From assembly GCA_951406725.2 (NCBI GenBank), contig OX597824.1, forward strand, positions 2,418,001 through 2,482,000: a DNA stretch of 64,000 bases, in the 5' to 3' direction. Under the pieces are notes generated by a model. The model saw nothing but the letters and a program-made list of their open reading frames with translations, did no database searches and had not been told where the DNA came from. The translations under genes and the position numbers were made by a program. The number at the start of each line of letters is the position of its first letter. Position 1 is the first letter of the stretch. Positions 55,208 to 64,000 of this stretch are shown piece by piece. The stretch comes from Octopus vulgaris (Eukaryota).

Positions 55208-58200
55208 CACACACAAAAAATCCAAGCCCCCTGCAACAGTCAAAACCAGCCACTACACTAACCTCCACATTCCTACTCAATGCACAAGGTGTCAGCCCTT
55301 CCATCAATGCACAAAAATGGAAGGTCCAATTCATTGAAGACTGGGTTGGTAACCATTCACACCACATCCCTTTCTTCATTCTCACTGAGACCCACCTTGA
55401 CAACTCCCACTTGGAAGCCGAAGTGAGAGTGAACAATTTCACAACCATCCGCGCGGATCGTATCGGCAGGAGGAAGGGTGGAATTGCCATTTTCCTGCAT
55501 GATTCATTTACGGCAGATGGAAATAGTATATTCTCCAACGGCTACTGTGAATCAGTCACCGTGCACAACAAAGCCAATGATCTGACAGTGATTGGGCTCT
55601 ATAGGCCGCCCCAAACACCCATACTGTGCTTTAAAGAATGCCTCAACAGCATTAAGTGCTTTATTCAACAGTGCCATTCTAGCAACATACTCATGATGGG
55701 AGACTTCAATCTACCCTGTGTTGACTGGACTACAAACTGTTTGAAACCAAGCACTCCCGCCTCAACCGCTGACAAAGAAGCAGCAGAGTCACTTTTCGAC
55801 TTTACGAATGAGTTTTTCTTGTCCCAACTTGTCCTTGCACCAACAAGACATCAGAACATTTTGGACCTAGTGTTTAGTAACCACACTAACACTATACATA
55901 ACGTTACAGTGGAAAAAACCCTTCTTTCAGACCATGACATGGTTCTCTGTAACATGAAATTCCACCAGCCGAAAGCTAATCCTAGTGACCTTCCTCCAGC
56001 CCACCCATTTGACAACATGGATCTCCATAAAGCCAACTGGGATGCAATCAGGAACGAGCTATCAAATGTTGACTGGTCCTTTACACATACACACATCTCC
56101 ACCAACCATAAAACATCTTGGCAGATCTTTGTAGACACCGTCACAGACATATGTGCAAAACACTCCCCACCAAGACCTGTGAACAAAAAGTGCAGAATCC
56201 CCCAAAACAGAAAAACCATTATCAGAAAAATAAAAAGAACAAACAAAAAAATTAACAAACTAAAGTACTGCCAACAGCAACACACACATTCGACGGCTAT
56301 CGCACTGCTTGAAACCAAAAAATATAACCTCCAACAATGCATGAAGTCCCTCATCAATAACCAAAGATCAGCTGAGGAGAAGTGGGCCATTGAAAAAATC
56401 AAACTCAACCCCAAAGTGTTCTTTTCATTTGCGAGGAAACGCAGGGTCACTGTCTCCACTGTAGGCCCTCTAATTGACGAAACTGGCACTCTCCAAGATA
56501 ATGCCAAATCCATGGCCGAGATACTGCAGAAACAATACTGCTCTGTTTTCAGCAATCCTGATATGGCCGATCTGGGCTGTATCAGTGATGTCAACCCCCA
56601 ACACACTATATCGGACATAACGTTTAGTGCCCCTGATGTCTTAGTGGCGATAAACGAAATAAAACACAATTCAGCAGTAGGCCCCGATAGGTTCCCTGCT
56701 TGTGTCCTGAAAGTGTGTCGACACCAACTTGCATCTCCCCTTGCTAATCTGTGGAGAAACTCACTGGATGCTGGCTATATTCCAAAAAACCTTCTGTCCC
56801 AGTCTGTTGTCCCAGTTTTCAAAAAGGGAAACAAGTCCCTTGCAGTGAATTACCGTCCGATCTCACTCACCTCTCATATCATCAAGGTATTTGAGAGGGT
56901 GGTGAGATCTCAAATAACCCAATTTCTGGAAAGCAACAGACGGCTGATCTCCAACCAACATGGGTTCCGTAATGGAAGGGACTGCCTAACGCAGCTCCTG
57001 CATCACTTTGAGGACATTTTGAGAGCTTTGGGAGAGGGCTCCAACACCGATGTCATCTACCTTGATTTCAGTAAGGCCTTCGACAGGGTCGATCACAAGA
57101 TCCTATTGAAAAAACTATCCAACATTAGTGTCTCTGGAAAGTTACTGAAATGGATTAAGTGTTTCCTGACAGACAGATCTCAACATGTTGTAGTTGAAGG
57201 GGTAAAATCAAGACCAGCCAAAGTCAGTAGTGGCGTTCCGCAAGGCACTGTGCTGGGCCCACTTCTTTTCATCATTTACATTAATGACATTAATGACATC
57301 ATCAAGCACAGCAACATAAAAATCTTTGCAGATGACTCCAAGCTACAGAAGGTCATAAATGAGGCGAGTGACCGGACATGCCTTCAGTCAGATCTACTGG
57401 CTGTTATCCAATGGGCAGAAAAAAACAATATGCTGCTGAACGAGGATAAATTTGAGCTAATCCACTTTGGAAAAGAGGATGCCCTGAAACTCCCATACTC
57501 CCTTCCTTCAGGTGAAACTCTCGCGGCGTCCAACAACATCAGAGACTTGGGAGTAATTGTGGACAACAACGTAAGCTGGGCCACTCATATAAACACCAAA
57601 GTTGACATGGCCCGCAGAATGTGTTCCTGGATTCTCAGAACTTTCCAGTCGAGAGATATCCACACCATTATCCTTCTCTTCTCCACTTTTGCCCGACCCC
57701 ACCTTGAATACTGTTGTCCACTGTGGTCTCCCCACACAATACAAGGTATCATAAAAGTCGAAGCACCTCAAAGGGCAATCACAAAAAAGATAGATGGCAT
57801 GACAGGCCTCGACTATTGGGGTCGACTAGAAAAGCTAAAACTCTATTCTCTCCAACGTCGTCGTGAGCGCTACATCATCTGCATGATGTGGAAAATATTC
57901 CATCAGCATTGCCCAAATGATGTTGGCATCACCTTTAAGGTACATCCAAGGCTTGGGCCCCGTGCCATCCGCCCAAAACAAAAATCGCACTCTCATCTCA
58001 TAACAACAATACGGCACAATTATTTCACCTCAATTGGCCCCGCTCTCTTTAACATTACACCAAAACACATTAAAACAGAAACTGACCCTATTGGGTTCAA
58101 GAAGTCTTTGGACAGATTCCTTCAAGAAATCCCGGATAAACCCCCTACACCCGGATATGTCTCTGTAAACAATAACTCTCTACTTGAGTGGGCCATAGTG

Positions 58201-58212
58201 CCCAAATTCTGA
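55081..58212 (+). CDS. CR1 ORF2: AP endonuclease + reverse transcriptase, uninterrupted; frame opens at 55081, first ATG only at 55693
   Basis: LLNAQG, LTETHL, YRPP, GDFN, LDL, SDH; GPD, YRPISLTS, QHGFR, DFSKAFD, SGVPQGTVLGP, FADD, PHLEYCCPLWSP, LQRRRERY. Confidence 0.95.
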   Translation, partial: AGKFFFSHVEHGKRDTQKHSSHHSTPSYAITPVHQFPTLLPLTHTKNPSPLQQSKPATTLTSTFLLNAQGVSPSINAQKWKVQFIEDWVGNHSHHIPFFILTETHLDNSHLEAEVRVNNFTTIRADRIGRRKGGIAIFLHDSFTADGNSIFSNGYCESVTVHNKANDLTVIGLYRPPQTPILCFKECLNSIKCFIQQCHSSNILMMGDFNLPCVDWTTNCLKPSTPASTADKEAAESLFDFTNEFFLSQLVLAPTRHQNILDLVFSNHTNTIHNVTVEKTLLSDHDMVLCNMKFHQPKANPSDLPPAHPFDNMDLHKANWDAIRNELSNVDWSFTHTHISTNHKTSWQIFVDTVTDICAKHSPPRPVNKKCRIPQNRKTIIRKIKRTNKKINKLKYCQQQHTHSTAIALLETKKYNLQQCMKSLINNQRSAEEKWAIEKIKLNPKVFFSFARKRRVTVSTVGPLIDETGTLQDNAKSMAEILQKQYCSVFSNPDMADLGCISDVNPQHTISDITFSAPDVLVAINEIKHNSAVGPDRFPACVLKVCRHQLASPLANLWRNSLDAGYIPKNLLSQSVVPVFKKGNKSLAVNYRPISLTSHIIKVFERVVRSQITQFLESNRRLISNQHGFRNGRDCLTQLLHHFEDILRALGEGSNTDVIYLDFSKAFDRVDHKILLKKLSNISVSGKLLKWIKCFLTDRSQHVVVEGVKSRPAKVSSGVPQGTVLGPLLFIIYINDINDIIKHSNIKIFADDSKLQKVINEASDRTCLQSDLLAVIQWAEKNNMLLNEDKFELIHFGKEDALKLPYSLPSGETLAASNNIRDLGVIVDNNVSWATHINTKVDMARRMCSWILRTFQSRDIHTIILLFSTFARPHLEYCCPLWSPHTIQGIIKVEAPQRAITKKIDGMTGLDYWGRLEKLKLYSLQRRRERYIICMMWKIFHQHCPNDVGITFKVHPRLGPRAIRPKQKSHSHLITTIRHNYFTSIGPALFNITPKHIKTETDPIGFKKSLDRFLQEIPDKPPTPGYVSVNNNSLLEWAIVPKF

Positions 58213-58356
58213 CTTGAAAGACTTCACCAGGTGGTGCTATTAAGTTAGACATGGCCTGGGCCAATAATGGCCGAAACCTATCAAAGTATCAAAGTATCAA
58301 AGTATACACGTATGTATATATATCTGTATGTACATATATATCTGTATATATGTATA

Positions 58357-58389
<33 letters not shown>

Positions 58390-58472
58390 GCATATATATA
58401 TATATATATATATATGCATATATATATATATATGTATGTATGTATATATATGTATGTATATACATATGTATG

Positions 58473-58567
<95 letters not shown>

Positions 58568-58568
<1 letters not shown>

Positions 58569-58692
58569 ATTAGGTTTCAGCTAACTGCTTCACCACATAC
58601 CGAAATTAGAAAAAGGGGTTAAAAAGGAGAGGAATTTTAAAGTCCTTTTTCTAATTTCAGTATGTGGTGAAGCAGTTAGCTGAAACCTAATT
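58568..58692. repeat. Near-perfect inverted repeat, ~49-bp arms, in a microsatellite-flanked insert
   Basis: AATTAGGTTTCAGCTAACTGCTTCACCACATAC... / ...GTATGTGGTGAAGCAGTTAGCTGAAACCTAATT. Confidence 0.95.
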
Positions 58693-59059
58693 GGATAATT
58701 TTACTTATAATGGTTATGTTAATGTACCGATCTACTTGGTAAAATTGTTAATTAATGGATTAATTAATAATTAATTTGATTAATAAATTTTACCCTTCTA
58801 TTATTAATTTATATATGTATATACATGTATATATATATGTATATATATATATGTATATGTATATATATATATATTCATGTATATATATATGTATATATAT
58901 ATATATGTATGTATATATATGTATATATATATGTGTGTGTGTGTGTTTATATATATATATAGAGAGAGATATATATATAAGATAAACTAAACGTCGGAAA
59001 CATAGGAGAATGAAAGATCCCGAGAAGGGAAGACAGAGGAAAAATATCGCCAGCGGTAC

Positions 59060-59530
59060 ACATGAGGTCACATTTTAACAAATACGAAAACAAACGGGTT
59101 CAATACGCAAAAAACGCGAGAATCAAATGGAAAACAAGACAAGTAATACAACGTACGACACTTCATTAGTTGTAGGTTATCTCTCTACTCCTCATTTCGG
59201 GCATTGAACGACAATATGAGTCTTCGAAGACAGTTGCTCCCAGAAGTACCAAATTAAATTTTTGTTTTATGGAGGGTAAAATTTGGGAAGAAAAACAGGA
59301 CAGTGGAAGCATACAGGTAAACCGAACGAAAACAAGCAAGATTGATCGTTAGACCGGAACGAGGGTAAAATAGCGAGCGCTGGAGAAATATTCTCTTTGG
59401 AAGAGAAAATATAGAAGAGTGGGATAGAATACGTCGAGTCCTTAGGACAATCCTGGAGAAAAAATGATCACATGAGGAAAAGAAAGATGAACGATGGTCA
59501 CGTGTGAGGAATGAGAGAGAGAAAAAGAGA
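59060..59530. repeat. Interspersed repeat whose first ~140 bp match the arms of the 25692-25999 palindrome
   Basis: TACGAAAACAAACG...GACAAGTAA...CTCCTCATTTCG shared with 25726-25843. Confidence 0.7.
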
Positions 59531-59856
59531 AATATTTTTTTTGATATTCGTCCGTCCCCTTTCATCTGAAGCTTCGACCAGCCAAAAGCAAATCAAATGG
59601 TCACATGACCTTCTCTAAGTCAAACCAATTTCACCCTATACTTACTCCCTGGTAAGTATATCGGCTAAAATGAGATGTCAGTGTTATTCTCATTTTTGCG
59701 TAATGTAGACAGCAATATAATTAATCCACGTCCTGTATATAGATAGATAGATAGTGATATATGGATAGATAGATAGATAGATAGATAGAAACGGAAACAC
59801 ACATGTATAGGTATATATATATATATATATATAAAGAGAGAGACAGACAGACAGAC

Positions 59857-59903
<47 letters not shown>

Positions 59904-60105
59904 GAAATTTAAGTCATGTGTCAAACAATACATCGTTTCTAATGGTTTCCTGTTTCCATTACAAAACCTAATCCATCATCGGACGAACAGCTAACTTGGG
60001 AGAACGCAAACCATGTGATATATCATGGTACTCTCCGTAAAGATGACATATTTTACACTGCAATCCTGCTAAGCATTCTCTCTTGACTCGTGTAATTACA
60101 ATTAC

Positions 60106-60149
<44 letters not shown>

Positions 60150-60350
60150 GTATGTGTGTGTGTATGCAAGTGTGTATGTATATCTGCGTGTGTGTGTGTG
60201 TGCTAATGTTAGATTTGTTAAACGATAAATTTATAAGATGCATCGAGCATTTCCTAATGAAAGGACGCAATAATATAAGCAGAGTTTTAATTTATTTTAG
60301 TTACTGTGTTGAATGGTTAAAGTCACAACTGTAGGTGATTATACATTAGT

Positions 60351-60494
60351 TACGTTATTTACGTTTGGCGGATATTTGCCCTCATCTTGTTTGCATAACG
60401 TTGCGGCTGATACAGCCTCCAGCCGAAACGTTGAGCTGGCAACAAAGAAGATGAGGACAAATATCCGTCAAATGTAAATAATGTAAATAATGTA
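60351..60494. repeat. Fold-back element centred on a hammerhead-like stem II / GAAACGTT
   Basis: TTATTTACGTTTGGCGGATATTTGCCCTCATCTT...CGGCTG-ATACAGCCTC-CAGCCG-AAACGTT...AAGATGAGGACAAATATCCGTCAAATGTAAATAA. Confidence 0.85.
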
Positions 60495-60678
60495 TATAAT
60501 TCCATATCTATTAAATATAGAACTGTATGCGATTATGTAGATAGAGATAAAGAGAGGAGGAGTGGAAAGAGACTGAGAGAGAGAGAGAGAGAGAGGAAAC
60601 TAAGGATATATCGTATACATACATGCTACGCATAAACGCACACGCACACATGCACATAGAGATATTAACATGTATATG

Positions 60679-60745
<67 letters not shown>

Positions 60746-60854
60746 TGTGTGTGTATAAGACATAATATTTACATATATATATGTAGAGAGAAAATAAAGA
60801 GAAGGATCTTTGTGTGTGTATGTGTGTGCATGTAATATATGTATTGTCTCTTCT

Positions 60855-62100
60855 ATTTTTTATTTTTTTCACTGAGGAGGGACCCGATTTCCAACAAAGA
60901 TACAAAGTTCCATCTTTGTGATGAAGTGAACAAATTCACATTTGGAACTTAAGAAGAGCCTTGCATATTTTTACTGCTCCACTCACAGTTTGCACTTGTA
61001 ATTTACCCGGTCAATTTCTCTTTCTGAAAATCCCAGATTCTCCTTTAAACAATTACTAACAAACCCTAGTTCTCCAATTATTATTGGTGTGAATATGAAT
61101 TCATAGTCTGGATATAGAAGCCGGAGGTTTCGAAGCAGTTGTCCATAGATATCCTCTCTTTTTTGTTATTTTGATTTTCAAAGAGATATTTATATCTGCA
61201 GGGCAGTTAGACTCTATGATGGTACACACATTTGCCCCGCTGTCCCAAACAACAATATCCGGCCTATTATGCTTACATTTGACAGGAGGTTTAAGGTGAA
61301 TATTCTATCAGTATTCCTTAAGTTGGTTTTTTTATGAATGTATTCCATAACAGAGGGATTTTCAAAGTTTATTTCAGGACAGTCTCTTTTGCGGATGGCA
61401 TTGTAAATTGTTTTTGCGACATCGGGGGTTGTACCATTAGGACATTTTAGAACAGCTGCTAATAACATGCGTGATGTCATGTCTTCCACAGAAACATGAC
61501 ATAGCCTACAGAAGCGGTTGTAGTAAGACTATCTCCCTGGAATATTCCCTTTTGTAATGCTTATACTATTAGAAACAATTATTCTGTTCTCAGTTGTAAG
61601 GGTAAGAATTGTTGTCCATGTCTTTGTCTCTCTATAGCAGCAATTAAGGTAGTAGTGTAAGATGTTGGCAATTCAACAGCCATGAATGAGGAACAGAGTC
61701 GAATGCCTTCTGATAGTCACGTCATACTGTTACAAGGTTTCTGCGTTGTTTTCTTACTTCAGACAGTAAAGCTTTGTTTATTAAAATTTGTTCTGCACAT
61801 CCCCACACTCCCTTCTTTCCACCAGCCTGTTCATTTGTCACAATGTTGTTCGACTCACAAGGGTCCTGGAGGAATTGGTCGAGGCAACTTGTATACAGTT
61901 TGTACGTAATGTTTTGGCAAGCAATGGGCCTGTAGTTTCCTGCCATCTCGGTAACTTCATTTTTGGCAACAATATTTCTCCTTGCTGTAGCAAGCCAACG
62001 TGGTATATCAGTCTGACCTTCCATAGTCCTTAGTCCATATCAATTGGTTTCTACAAAACGTCAGCTTCTTCTACCAATATCCAACTATTAGGGCCCTAAT
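60855..62100 (-). pseudogene. Degenerate, internally deleted R4/Dong-type non-LTR element
   Basis: NYRPIACQNITYKLYT..EQAGGKKGVWGCAEQILINK (RT); DVAKTIYNAIRKRD; RPDIVVWD (RLE); ends SGAVKICKALLKFQM* followed by an A-rich tail. Confidence 0.82.
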
Positions 62101-62510
62101 ACGTGCCTTCCTATTTTGCAGTTTGCCTACTGCTATAGCGAAGGTGTCTGCATCAATGTATTTATGTACGTATGTATAGGTATTCGAATATTCATTCGAT
62201 CAACAAGACTGTGTCATTCGACGGCGAATGGTTCTGCAGTTATTGTTGTTGTTGTTGTTGTTTTTGTTGTTGTTGTTGTTCTGAAAGACCCCAGTAAAAT
62301 GAGAATTATAAAGAAGAGAACGCAAATGAAATATGTAAACCAGGTTTATTAACTGAATGACATTAAATAAAGGATGGCATCTGTGTTCATACTGCGCATT
62401 TCCGTTCGTACTTCAACAAAAATATTCGCACGACTCTCGGCTCGTACAGCAAATTACTCTTACAATGGTACACTTGCACTGCGAGGTTCTACCGTATTTT
62501 TATATGTATG

Positions 62511-62551
<41 letters not shown>

Positions 62552-62603
62552 GTTTATATGTATTAACTTATTTCAATAAGTTACGAGGATATACAAGTAT
62601 CAA

Positions 62604-62688
62604 TACATACGGCCGTTTCATGCGGTTCCATTTAATCGATCAAGGAAAACATTACATCAATTTGAAAGAGACCGGTTCTCTCAGTGCA
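62604..62688 (-). ncRNA. Degenerate hammerhead motif with long stem II and palindromic stem III
   Basis: Minus strand TGCA-CTGAGAGA-ACCGGT...ACCGCAT-GAAA-CGGCCG-TA-TGTA. Confidence 0.55.
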
Positions 62689-63461
62689 GATGAACAATTA
62701 GATTTCCAATATAAAGGATAAACCACTTTTAACAAATTTACATCAAGAAACCAAAATAATTACATTCTTCCTTGATGTTTTTCTGTGGTTTCTTTCAAAT
62801 TGATGCAATATTTTCATTCATCGATTAAAAAAAGCCGCTTTAAATGGACGTGATGTTTTCATACCTGTACATCGTTGATACTTATTTACTTTCTGTTAAC
62901 CTAACTTTGAGGTGTGCGGTCTATAGCGAACTGGGATGGTGCCTCAATCTAAGTACCTAATACAAATAAATCATAATTATATTTATGCTTATATATATAT
63001 ATAATGAAAATAAGCAGCAGAGATATCCAAGGTGGAGTACTACAATTGTTTCATGCTACAAAATTCTGATGACTTTAACCGAAGTACCATATTCATCTGA
63101 ATTTAGATTTTGCAGAACTTATATATATACATATATATATAGGTATATGTATGTATGTATGTATGTATATATATATATATATATATAAAATACATATACG
63201 AATAAATGTACACACATACGTATACAAGACACACACATGCACGCTCACATATATATAAGGATTCGTGAAAGACTGTGTGTAAAATACAAAGACAACAGCT
63301 GCAGGCATTTTAAAATGACCCACTATTATCGATATGTTGAACCTGTCTCCCAAGTTCAGTCGACTAACACATACACACATACAGTAATAGATATAGATAC
63401 ATTAATATAAAGATACACACATACACTTACACACAGGACATACATATATACATATGTATGA

Positions 63462-63535
<74 letters not shown>

Positions 63536-63612
63536 ATATTTAAATATGTTTATGTGTATATATATATATGTGTGTGTATATTTAAATATATTTATGTGTG
63601 TATATATATATA

Positions 63613-63665
<53 letters not shown>

Positions 63666-64000
63666 GCGAAATAACACATACATATACGCACTCATGTATG
63701 TGAGCGCCGCTGTGTGTGTGTTTGCATGTGCGTGCTCCCGTGTGCGTACGTTTAGCGCTATATATATGTTTGCCAATGCGTGAATCTCTTAAAAGTGTCT
63801 ATAATAGAGAACTAAAATGTAATTTATCAAGAGGTGACTTCTTTTTCTTTTAAATGCATTTCTTAGTGATTGGTGAAGTTTCATAGAAATTGTAATTCCA
63901 GTGAGGAACAAATTGTAGATATTGATCGACGAAAATTAAATCTACTCCTACACTGTTTTAACAGCATCGCGTTTCAGCTGCCGTGTAATTGATTTAGCAA

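Larger units (their letters stand above)
54070..58305 (+). mobile_element. CR1-group non-LTR retrotransposon, probably 5'-truncated, inserted in a (TA)n array
   Basis: Two overlapping ORFs; 3'UTR hairpin GGCC-AATAAT-GGCC; tail (TATCAAAG)x3 at 58279-58302; TA arrays on both sides. Confidence 0.92.

Noticed and set aside
55851-56669. 272-aa antisense ORF inside CR1 ORF2
   Set aside because: No recognisable motif; consistent with a shadow ORF
63955-64000. Minus-strand GAAACGCGAT near the window edge
   Set aside because: Upstream core not visible within the window; cannot be supported

Overview
AT-rich eukaryotic intergenic or intronic DNA dense in microsatellites and transposons. The SINE families resemble those I associate with octopod cephalopods; this is an inference. 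I found no credible host protein-coding exon, rRNA or genuine tRNA gene, and most ORF-track entries are microsatellite artefacts. Two young LINEs dominate. (1) A full-length L1/Tx1-group element (7654-13513) sits inside an (ATT)n array and is broken only by three single-base homopolymer deletions. (2) A CR1-group element (~54070-58305) sits in a (TA)n array. It has an uninterrupted APE+RT ORF2 with no AUG before the endonuclease, which can be reached from ORF1 through an in-frame T TTT TTA -1 slippery site followed by a perfect hairpin. Also present are degenerate RTE and R4/Dong fragments, a non-autonomous Helitron, a Helentron/HINE with an empty-site paralog nearby, and three SINE families, one showing four different 3' tails. 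A recurring class of short, mostly (TA)n-embedded fold-back elements carries whole or half hammerhead-ribozyme motifs of the Penelope type.
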